This document shows positions 39,905 to 48,566 of a stretch of 64,000 nucleotides of DNA, piece by piece (positions within the stretch are counted from its first letter, which is position 1; every line of letters begins with the position of its first letter). The translations under genes were made by a program, and so were the position numbers. The stretch comes from a virus (Duplodnaviria; Caudoviricetes). Where the stretch lies: positions 1 through 64,000 of the IMG/VR virus record IMGVR_UViG_3300044475_000035. One strand, given 5' to 3'. The notes under the pieces are model-generated. The model saw nothing but the letters and a program-made list of their open reading frames with translations. It had not been told where the DNA came from and searched no databases.

Positions 39905-39980
39905 ACTAGGTGGTCTTGATCATTTCTGATTTGCCATTGTTATCAGGCGACTCTTATGTGCTTGCAAACACAAACCTAGT
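39905..39980 (-). ncRNA. putative structured RNA D (76 nt)
   Basis: 7-bp closing stem ACTAGGT/ACCTAGT with two internal hairpins. Confidence 0.4.
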
Positions 39981-39985
39981 ATTTG

Positions 39986-40050
39986 ATATGTCTTGTCAGG
40001 ATGTGTAACCCTTACTGCCGATCAGCACTGTTAACAGTTACAAGACATAT
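39986..40050 (-). ncRNA. putative structured RNA E (65-nt mini-cloverleaf)
   Basis: 11-bp closing IR ATATGTCTTGT/ACAAGACATAT; three short hairpins, two with G-U pairs that form only on the minus strand. Confidence 0.5.
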
Positions 40051-40376
40051 TTGTTAAATTAAGTGACTTCTTGTGTACAGGGGAGAAGTCTTAACCCTTT
40101 ACTTAGACTTGCAACATAACCTTAATCTACACTGACATTTCTGAATGGTAGACCCCCCTGTTAGTCATCACGCTAGTTTAGTTCACCTTTAACACCACAA
40201 TAACCGAAGCTCTTGCGTCTATCGGGGTAGGTGGGGTAGTGAGACACCCTTTTTAACATTGTAAGAACTGCTTATCTCAAATATGTCTGAGAGGTTTTCA
40301 ACTTACAACGTATTACCTAAACCGTAACCTTCGTTTATAATATCCATAATTTACTCCAATAAATTTAAATTAGTTG

Positions 40377-40715
40377 CTAGTCTTTTCCTTTAGGACGTTT
40401 ATCTTTAGCATATTCACTATAGAAATTTAACTCATCTTCGGAACGATCTCCGACATAAACATCTAAATTCTTTTCTTTTTTGACTTTGTATTGGTAAGAG
40501 CTAATCGTATTTCCACTCTCATTCATGATAAAGACATCACCATCTAACCAATGTCTTCCTTGTTGTAGATTATCAAAGTTATCATAATATGTGTAAACTA
40601 ATTCAACACCTTGAATATCAATCTCAGGTTTATCAACTTTAATAAACTCAATATAGTCTTGAGCCTCTAAGAGTTGATAAGTACCATCTTGTTTCATGGA
40701 TTTAATATATAACAT
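40377..40715 (-). CDS. hypothetical protein embedded in the ncRNA region
   Basis: RBS GAGG; VFIMNESGNTI motif common in small phage proteins. Confidence 0.7.
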   Translation of the reverse strand: MLYIKSMKQDGTYQLLEAQDYIEFIKVDKPEIDIQGVELVYTYYDNFDNLQQGRHWLDGDVFIMNESGNTISSYQYKVKKEKNLDVYVGDRSEDELNFYSEYAKDKRPKGKD

Positions 40716-40842
40716 TTATTTTCCTCGTGGTTGTAGTAGTAAGGTGCTAGTTAGGATTATCTAGCTTTCCTAGCTAACCAAAAGTATAAGGAGATTAATT
40801 CCTTCTGATTAGGGAAACCACATAGGAGATATTCTTACAAAT

Positions 40843-40914
40843 CACTGTGTATAGGATTCAAACCTATCTGAGACGGAGTAGAATTCCGTTGCATATTCTC
40901 TCTGCCAACACAGT
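40843..40914 (-). tRNA. degenerate tRNA-Arg(UCU)-like gene
   Basis: Acceptor ACTGTGT/ACACAGT, D-stem GCA/TGC, anticodon stem ACGGA/TCCGT with loop ATTCTAC, T-arm ATAGG-TTTGAAT-CCTAT; lacks D-loop GG, C56 and encoded CCA. Confidence 0.65.
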
Positions 40915-41026
40915 GATTTAGAAGTTGTGAGGTGGTGACTCACAGTTAGTGAGGGAGAAGGAGAACTCCGATCTAACACCTTTACCAACAGAATTAACTA
41001 GTATGTTTTCTTGTTGGTATAAGTTA

Positions 41027-41055
41027 AGAATAACATCACATCTCGATTTTGTCTA
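41027..41055 (-). promoter_or_regulatory. sigma70-like promoter driving the ncRNA/tRNA/structural block
   Basis: Minus strand TAGACA-N17-TATTCT, followed by the hairpin TACCAACA/TGTTGGTA. Confidence 0.6.
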
Positions 41056-41059
41056 CCCC

Positions 41060-41700
41060 TTTTCTAGCACAAAACACAAAATAATTAAGATTTTTATTGT
41101 TATTTGCATAAATTAACAACAATTCCAACTGATTTAGGGATATTTAGCACCAAAACAAGATTAAGATCAGTACAACAACAACAAATAAGATTAAACCCCT
41201 TGCACCTCAAACAGTAGTGACTACAGTCAGACTATGGTCTAATTGAGTGCAAACAAGGTAGCAAACAAGAACCTAACACAAAAGATGATCAACAAACAGA
41301 AAACATAGCACCAACAAGTATTCTTATATCATCTAAACTAATTGAATCTACTGTTCTAATAGATAATTCTTATATAAGTATATTATAATTAATATCTAAT
41401 ACTAAATGTAATTCTTTAAGTGTATATTTAATATATACTAATAATATACTATAAGTATTCTTTATATGTATTTAAGTAAGTATATAATTATTATTTAATA
41501 TATATATATCTTTTCTCTTATCCTAGTAAGTCTAGGATTCTAATAATATATAATTTATTTTGTTTTAATTAATATCTTATAACCCCAACCCCATGTCTTA
41601 AATATAACCCCTGTGTCAAGCCTTGTCAAGTCTTATTTTTTGTAACGATGGTTAAGTTGTTGTTTGTGTTGTAGTTAAATATTTTCATTTATTTGTGCTA
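41060..41700. other. divergent AT-rich intergenic region, candidate replication origin
   Basis: No ORFs; nearly pure A/T tract ~41360-41580; CACCAA(A)ACA boxes; promoters facing both ways (minus TTGACA ~41628, plus TAGACA-N17-TACAAT ~41708). Confidence 0.45.
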
Positions 41701-41796
41701 AAACATGTAGACAAATATAAATTCGTGTATTACAATGGTTAATGTGATTAGGTATTAGGAGACTTAGTCATTTCTTAAATCAAGAGGAGTGAGAAA

Positions 41797-42387
41797 ATGT
41801 CGATGGTTTATGGTGTTGGGTTAACCGATATTGAGAGTACAAGAAATGGGAAACTTACCAAAGAATACAAACTGTGGATAAACATGCTAGGTAGGTGTTA
41901 CAGTGAAAAAGAGCTACTAAAACGACCATCGTATCGTGATTGTAAAGTTTCTGAAAACTTCTTAATTCTAAGTAACTTCAAAGACTGGTGTTCTAAGCAA
42001 GTTGGTTTTACAAGTAAAGATGCTAAAGGTAAGAGTTTTCAACTAGATAAAGATCTCTTACTCAAAGGCAGCAAGATATACTCAGAGTACACTTGTTGTT
42101 TTGTGCCTAACGAGATAAACGGTTTTCTAACAAAGGCTAACACTATTAGAGGTAAGTACCTAATAGGTGTTTCTTGGTGTAAGAAGAGGAGCAGATTTGT
42201 GTCAATGATAAAGATTGACGGAAAGAATGTTAATCTTGGTGGATTTGATAGCGAATGGGAAGCTTTTCTAGCGTACAAGAAAACCAAAGAATTTCGTGCT
42301 AAAGAACTTGCTGAGAGGTGGAAAGGACAGATTGATGATCGTGTCTATGGTAAACTAATCAACTATAAAGTGTTACTAACAGATTAA
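41797..42387 (+). CDS. HNH homing endonuclease with an AP2-like C-terminus
   Basis: VYGVG, YKLWINMLGRCY, QLDKDLL, YSEYTCCFVP.EIN, GVSW...NLGGF. Confidence 0.9.
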   Translation: MSMVYGVGLTDIESTRNGKLTKEYKLWINMLGRCYSEKELLKRPSYRDCKVSENFLILSNFKDWCSKQVGFTSKDAKGKSFQLDKDLLLKGSKIYSEYTCCFVPNEINGFLTKANTIRGKYLIGVSWCKKRSRFVSMIKIDGKNVNLGGFDSEWEAFLAYKKTKEFRAKELAERWKGQIDDRVYGKLINYKVLLTD

Positions 42388-42415
42388 AATAAATTTAAAC
42401 AAGAGGAAATAAACA

Positions 42416-42763
42416 ATGAGTCATGAATTAAACACTGATAACACAGTATCAGTGATTGCATATTCTTTACATGAGTTTGCATATGAGTTGTGTGAATTAG
42501 GAGCAAAAGGTTTTACAGTAAGTTTAGAAAACGATAAGTTACCTACTGGTGGTTTTACAAGTTACTACACAGCAATTCTAGTACCACGACACGGTTATCG
42601 AATTGACATTGAAGGGAATCATGTTAACTTACCTGACAGTACCCCTGAAACATCAACAGAAACCCCTCTAAAAGCTCCTACAAGCGATGTTAGTACCCCT
42701 AAAGCTACTCCTGTAGCTACAGAGCCTAAAACAGCTCGTACAGCAGCTAAAAAGGCTACATAG
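42416..42763 (+). CDS. hypothetical protein with a low-complexity T/P/A/K tail
   Basis: RBS GAGGA; 115 aa. Confidence 0.7.
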   Translation: MSHELNTDNTVSVIAYSLHEFAYELCELGAKGFTVSLENDKLPTGGFTSYYTAILVPRHGYRIDIEGNHVNLPDSTPETSTETPLKAPTSDVSTPKATPVATEPKTARTAAKKAT

Positions 42764-42855
42764 TAATTTAATTTATTTAAGCACAACTACTTGTTAATCA
42801 TATTTAGTTGTGCTAATTTCTAACTTCAATGTAAAAACAAATTTGGAGATAAGTT

Positions 42856-43668
42856 ATGTCAAATAATGCTAATCGCTTTAGTGGTCATGGGGATCGTGGA
42901 GTCAAAGGTACTGGTAAACGGGGTGATAGAAATACTAATAACCGTGAAAATAAAAAGAGTGGTGTTGGTGGTAGTGAACCTAAGCAAAAGTGGGAAGAAG
43001 ATCGTCTAGCGAGAGGTAAGTCAATTCACATTCAACCAAAGACACTAAACCAAGAGTTGTTCTTAAAGAGTATGCGAGAGAATATTATTACAATTGGTAG
43101 TGGTAGTGCGGGGAGTGGCAAATCATTTTTAGCTTGTTATTACGCTGCATCTGAACTTCTATCAGGTAATATTCAAAAGATTGTGATTACTCGTCCTTAT
43201 GTTGCTGTATCAGGGCGTACAACAGGGTTTAAACCTAATACTGATCTTGAAAAGTTACGTGCGTTTGTATTACCTATGATCGGCTACTTATCAGAAGTGT
43301 TAGGTAAAGGAATGGTTGAAGAGCAGTTACAATTGGCAGATAAGATTGAGTTAGCACCTTTAGAAAGCATTCGTGGAAGAAGCTTTGATAATTGTATTTT
43401 AATTGTAGACGAGTGTTCTAATACAACTATTGGTGAAATTCAAGCAATCAGTACACGACTTGGTGAAAACTGTCGCTGCGTAATGATAGGCGATTGCGCT
43501 CAATCGGACACAAAACACAACGGTTTAGAGTGGTTCACAAACTTAGTTCAAAAACACTACATACAAGATATTGGTGTTGTACGTTTTAATCATGATGATA
43601 TTGTTCGCTCAGGAATGGTAAAACAACTTGTTATTGCATTTGAACGAGAGGGTGGTTATGTCAGTTAG
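42856..43668 (+). CDS. phoH: PhoH family ATPase
   Basis: GSAGSGKS, ITRP, LAPLESIRGRSF, VDECSN, RLGEN, GD..QSD, DIVRS. Confidence 0.95.
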   Translation: MSNNANRFSGHGDRGVKGTGKRGDRNTNNRENKKSGVGGSEPKQKWEEDRLARGKSIHIQPKTLNQELFLKSMRENIITIGSGSAGSGKSFLACYYAASELLSGNIQKIVITRPYVAVSGRTTGFKPNTDLEKLRAFVLPMIGYLSEVLGKGMVEEQLQLADKIELAPLESIRGRSFDNCILIVDECSNTTIGEIQAISTRLGENCRCVMIGDCAQSDTKHNGLEWFTNLVQKHYIQDIGVVRFNHDDIVRSGMVKQLVIAFEREGGYVS

Positions 43669-44311
43669 TATTGGTGATGTATTTAGCCGAATGACAGTAG
43701 TTAAAGAACCTTTTAATATCAACGGTAGGAAGGTAGTTGAATGCTTATGTTCTTGTGGAGTTGTTAAGACTGTACGTGTTGATGGATTACAAGGAGGAAC
43801 AACAAACTCTTGTGGTTGTTATCGACTAGACAAACTTCGAGAAAAGATAGTTACACATGGTGCTGCAAATACTAAAACATATGGTGTATGGAAGGGAATG
43901 TTGCAACGATGTAATAACCCAAACTCATCAGGTTATCCTAATTACGGTGGTCGTGGTATTACAATTTGTAATCGTTGGTTAGGTGAAACAGGATTTGAGA
44001 ATTTTCTAAAGGACATGGGTGAAAAACCAAAAGCACTTACACTTGATCGTATTGATGTGAATGGTGATTACTCTAAAGAAAACTGTAGGTGGGCAGATGC
44101 AAGTTTGCAAGGGTTTAATACACGTTTAAGCTCGAATAACACATCAGGTAGAACAGGAGTATCTTGGGATAAAACCGAACTGAAATGGTCAGCTTATATT
44201 ATGAAAGATAGGAAAAATATTCATTTGGGAAGATACGAAACATTTGAAGATGCTGTGGTAGCTAGAGAGTGTGGAGAATTGAAATATTTTGGGATGATAA
44301 AGGAGATTTAA
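43658..44311 (+). CDS. HNH homing endonuclease with an AP2 domain
   Basis: CLCSCG, SCGC, YGGRGITIC.RW, TLDRIDVNGDYSKENCRWA, NNTSGRTGV; probable start MSVSIG. Confidence 0.9.
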   Translation: MSVSIGDVFSRMTVVKEPFNINGRKVVECLCSCGVVKTVRVDGLQGGTTNSCGCYRLDKLREKIVTHGAANTKTYGVWKGMLQRCNNPNSSGYPNYGGRGITICNRWLGETGFENFLKDMGEKPKALTLDRIDVNGDYSKENCRWADASLQGFNTRLSSNNTSGRTGVSWDKTELKWSAYIMKDRKNIHLGRYETFEDAVVARECGELKYFGMIKEI

Positions 44312-44312
44312 A

Positions 44313-44990
44313 ATGATTTATATTGTGTTTTGGTATTTAGTAACTACTACGTTCGTTAGTGTCCTTTCAGGTTTCTATCGTACTGTTGTTGCAAAAGATA
44401 CTAACGCTAACAAAGTTGGGAAGTTATTTGGTATTACATTACAAATGACTACTGCATTATACTTCTTGTATGTTGTATACCCATTACTTGAATTGATTAA
44501 ATAAGGAGGTTTTATGTTTACACCACAACAGGTTGCAGATACGTTACGTAGTATCACACCAAAAGATTTAGAAGAAACTACACAAGTATATGAAAAACTC
44601 ATACAATTCTTTGATGGCGAATTTAAACCTTTTATCACCGAAAAAGAAATTGATGAACTGGATGGTTTGTTGTTAGGGTACACTGACGAGATTAAGGCTG
44701 CAACAATTGTTCGTAAACTATTAAAGGGGGTTTAAATGTATCAGGTTAAACAACTCTATGTCTTGTGGGAAACTGGTGAAGGGGGTAAGAAGTTAATTCC
44801 TAAAGAGTCTTACAACAAATTCTTAGAAGATTTAGATAATCTTGAATCCGAGCTTGGCATGCCGTTAGGTGCTTGGGATGATCGAGATAAAGACGAAGTA
44901 CAACAAGATATTTATGATTTGATTGATGAACAAGTTTCCCTAGAAGGTGAATTAGTTTATGTTGTACTACCACAAGATGTTAAGGAGTAA
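44313..44990 (+). other. three small hypothetical CDS (44313-44504 membrane, 44514-44735, 44736-44990)
   Basis: ORFs with strong RBSs. Confidence 0.7.
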
Positions 44991-44992
44991 AT

Positions 44993-45679
44993 ATGAAGAA
45001 GCTATTAAACAAACCTAAGATGAATCAAGATGAATTTGATTTTCTACCAACGACTATTGACCAACCTAGTCGTTTACTACGAAAAGAAGTAACAAACACT
45101 TTGTATGAGTATCACTTGTTTGGTGATATTGAAGACTCATCTAGTTATATTGAATTGATTGACGCTTTGCGAAGTGCAGGAGAGAATGACGATTTTGTGA
45201 TACGAATTGATTCAGGTGGTGGGTTATTGTCCTCTGCAAATGTGATTATCAATGCAATTAATCAAAGTCAAGCGCATGTACATGGCGTTATTGAGAGTAG
45301 TTGTGCTAGTGCTGCTACTATGGTTTTCCTAGCATGTCATTCGTACAGTTTAGGCGATGAAGCAGACATGATGATTCATACCAGCAGCAGTGGGTACGTT
45401 GGAAAGGAGCAAGAGATTTATCAATATGCTGCACATACACGTAAGAAAATTCATCGGATGATGAAGAACCGATACACAGGGTTCTTGACTGATGCTGAAT
45501 TACTGCGAATCCTAGATGGTCTAGACTTATACTTCGATCGTGATGAAATTGAAGAACGGTTAGGTAAGTATGTAGAACATCAACAGAAGTTATATATTGC
45601 AGAAATGGAAGCAATGCAAAACGAAGTTGATGAATCAGAAAGAGAAGAACCAATCTATAAGAAAATTATTCCTTCTTAA
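44993..45679 (+). CDS. ClpP-like (S14) protease
   Basis: IRIDSGGG, CASAATMVFL (catalytic Ser), MMIH. Confidence 0.85.
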   Translation: MKKLLNKPKMNQDEFDFLPTTIDQPSRLLRKEVTNTLYEYHLFGDIEDSSSYIELIDALRSAGENDDFVIRIDSGGGLLSSANVIINAINQSQAHVHGVIESSCASAATMVFLACHSYSLGDEADMMIHTSSSGYVGKEQEIYQYAAHTRKKIHRMMKNRYTGFLTDAELLRILDGLDLYFDRDEIEERLGKYVEHQQKLYIAEMEAMQNEVDESEREEPIYKKIIPS

Positions 45680-45681
45680 TA

Positions 45682-45727
45682 TTGACATATAGGATGTAGT
45701 CGAGGTAAACTTGCTGCATCCTTTTTA
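45682..45727 (+). promoter_or_regulatory. overlapping terminator and sigma70 promoter
   Basis: TTGACA...TAAACT overlapping the hairpin GGATGTAG/CTGCATCC plus T tract. Confidence 0.65.
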
Positions 45728-45742
45728 TTGTATGGAGTAATT

Positions 45743-48018
45743 ATGAAATATATTAAAGTTTTTGAAGGTTCGAGTTCTTATATCCTAGATGCGGCGATAA
45801 ACCAACATTGCAGAGATACGAAACATACGATTGTTCAGCAATCTTGTAGTTGTGCTGTAGGTGGTGAAGGTTTTGGACGTAAAATTATCTACATGATTGT
45901 TGTTACACTAGATGATGCGGAGACGTAGTATGAACATTAAAGATATTGTAGACCAAGAGAAACAACGAGCTTTACAAGTTAAAGTTAAAAACAATCAAGA
46001 TAAGCATATTCGTAAGTTATTCTTGAAAGATTGTTATAAAATGTGGAAAGATTACAAGAAAGTTGAGAAACCTTATACTTGGAGGTTGGAGTTGTTTAGC
46101 TTACTTAAACTAGTATCTTGTGTAGAGTATGTCTATTGGGTTGTTGACTACGCACCACAAGAATATACTAAAGACTCTTGGTTTGATAAGAAGTGGAGTG
46201 TTGTTGCTATTAGTGATCTTGTAGTATTACCTACTTACAAGATTAAACTAAAAACAAACCCAAACGATGATTATATTTATTTAAGTTAGGAGATTGAAAT
46301 GAGTAATTTAAAAGGTAAAGTATTTGTAATTATCTTTGATAAACGAATGAAAGAAGCTTATAGCGAAGCAGCTTTCCTTTATCAACAACTATATTTAAGG
46401 GGTTTTATTTCTGTATTAGCAGCAGATAAAAATGACTTAATTATGATTCAGGATAATGGCTATGATTTACGTTATGTGTTCTTAGAAAGTATGTTACCTA
46501 TACCAACTAAAGAGCAAGAAGATTCAATTTATCATATGCACGATGTTACTAATCATTTACACTTTTGGTTAGATGATTTCAATAGTGTTGATAAAGTACT
46601 TGATAACTTTGAACGTGTTGAGTTAGAATTAATACAACAGAGGAGTTAAGTTATGATACTTCGATTCTTGAAAAGGTTGTTTTGTTTTCATTGGTATGAA
46701 CAAGAAGAAAGCTTCTTAACTAATGAATACTACGAAGTTTGTAAGAAGTGCAATAAAGAACGTAAGATTAAGATTGTTATTGGTAAAGGAGATTAAAATG
46801 CAAATACTACATGTACACTCAGATTTTGACGAGCATGAGTTACACACAGAAGTTTACACTTCGTTGCAAGAGTTTATTCACGATTGGGTAGGTGTAAATT
46901 ACACTTATGATGAATTACAAAAACTCGATCTAGACGATGAAGATTATGTTTCTGAAAAGTATTGTTATGAACTAATTCGAAATGGTGAACACATTGGAGA
47001 ATGGTCTACTGATGAGTTTTGGGTTGTGTTGGATGGTAAGTTACAACAAGGGATGGGTGTACTGAATGCAATACGTTAAATTATACACATTAAAGGAAGA
47101 AATGGTTGTTACTTCAAGTGATCGTATCGAAATATGTAGTTCAATAAAACAACCTATTCATATTAGCTACAGTGATGATTTTATCATTAGTGCTACAGTA
47201 GATGTTGTTTCTGTTCCTGTTGAACGATATGTTAATTGTGTCGATATAGGTTATGGAGAATCTTCTTGTAGTGAAGATTTAGTAGCTTTTGACCCAAAGA
47301 TTCGTAAGTTGTTAATGATTGATTCTGATAAGCTGAAAGGTGAGTTAAAAGACCTAACATCAAAGCACAAAGAATTGAACAGAGAACACGAAGAACTTAA
47401 AGAATATCTAAGTAAGGTTGAAAGAAGTTTAACTAAGAGCTATAGTCTACTTTACACTTATGAAAACCTTTCGTTTTGGAAACGTTTATTGTTCTTGTTG
47501 TTTAAGAAAATCTAGGAGATTAATATGAGATTATGGTATGGAAGGTGGGTTAGTAGTTATAAAGATAAAGACGAAGTCATGTTTATTGATTCAGATGAAA
47601 CCAAGTTGTTAAGAGGACACATACAATTACCTTGCGGTCACTTCACAGAAGATTGGTACATTATTTCAAGTGGTAGTTACTATAAAGACAATGTTAAATT
47701 AGTATGTCCGTCAAATAGTTGGTATGAAGATCACACATCTAACATTTTTATTGCGTTTAAAGAACATAAGGAAGGGACATGGAAACTAAAGAAATAGAAG
47801 CTCTAAACGATCTTAGGAAAGCATTACTACAAGTTAATGGTTCTATGTCGAGGTTAGGTAAAGATAAGAATGAAATCGTAATTATCCTACCTAAAGATGA
47901 TTGGAATTACTTTAACAACGTATTAAGTTCAGGTGTTAGTAGTTTTAGTAATTTCTATATCAGGATTAATGATAAGGAGTTTTCGTTGAGTGGTATTAAG
48001 ATTCAAAAACAAAGTTAA
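45743..48018 (+). other. cluster of about eight small hypothetical CDS
   Basis: Tightly packed ORFs with AGGAG RBSs (e.g. 46299-46649, 46798-47079, 47066-47515, 47525-47797, 47779-48018). Confidence 0.65.
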
Positions 48019-48029
48019 GGAGAAGTGAT

Positions 48030-48509
48030 GTGGCAACACAAGAACAGTTAGATAAATGCTACATGAATATGGCTGAAAATATTTCTACGCTATCACGTGC
48101 GGTTAGAAAGAAAGTAGGTTGTGTTTTAGTTACACCTGAATCAGTAATTTTAAGTGCGTATAATGGCACTCCTAGCGGTTGGGATAACACATGCGAAAAA
48201 GATACTTACAATGTGGTATCTTTATTTGGGCACAAACCTGAAATTGTTAAGACAGGGACAGAAACATTAGAGGTTGTACTTCATGCAGAATTAAATGCAA
48301 TCTTACACGCAGCTAGACAAGGTGTTTCTGTTAAAGGTGCTACACTATATACCACACTCAGTTGTTGTACTTCTTGTAGTGCTATGGTAGCTCAAGCAGG
48401 AATTAAGCGATTAGTGTTCAAAGAGCAATATCGAGATACAACAGGTATTCAACTCTTAAAAGAACATGGTATTATTGTTGAGCAATTAACTGTTGACAAC
48501 CAAAACTAA
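48030..48509 (+). CDS. dCMP deaminase
   Basis: KVGCVLV, YNGTPSG, HAELNA, SCCTSC Zn motif. Confidence 0.92.
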   Translation: MATQEQLDKCYMNMAENISTLSRAVRKKVGCVLVTPESVILSAYNGTPSGWDNTCEKDTYNVVSLFGHKPEIVKTGTETLEVVLHAELNAILHAARQGVSVKGATLYTTLSCCTSCSAMVAQAGIKRLVFKEQYRDTTGIQLLKEHGIIVEQLTVDNQN

Positions 48510-48566
48510 AACGTTTATAGTCTATATCTGTAGATATACAAACATAGTAAACAAAGGAGATATATA

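Noticed and set aside
40843-40914. Amber suppressor tRNA (CTA) and stop-codon recoding
   Set aside because: Stem geometry puts TCT at positions 34-36, and genes are intact in the standard code with TAG used as a stop
38887-41030. CRISPR array, tmRNA or group I intron as the explanation for the non-coding region
   Set aside because: No repeated unit with spacers, no tmRNA acceptor or T-arm ends, and no convincing P7 or J8/7 consensus found by eye
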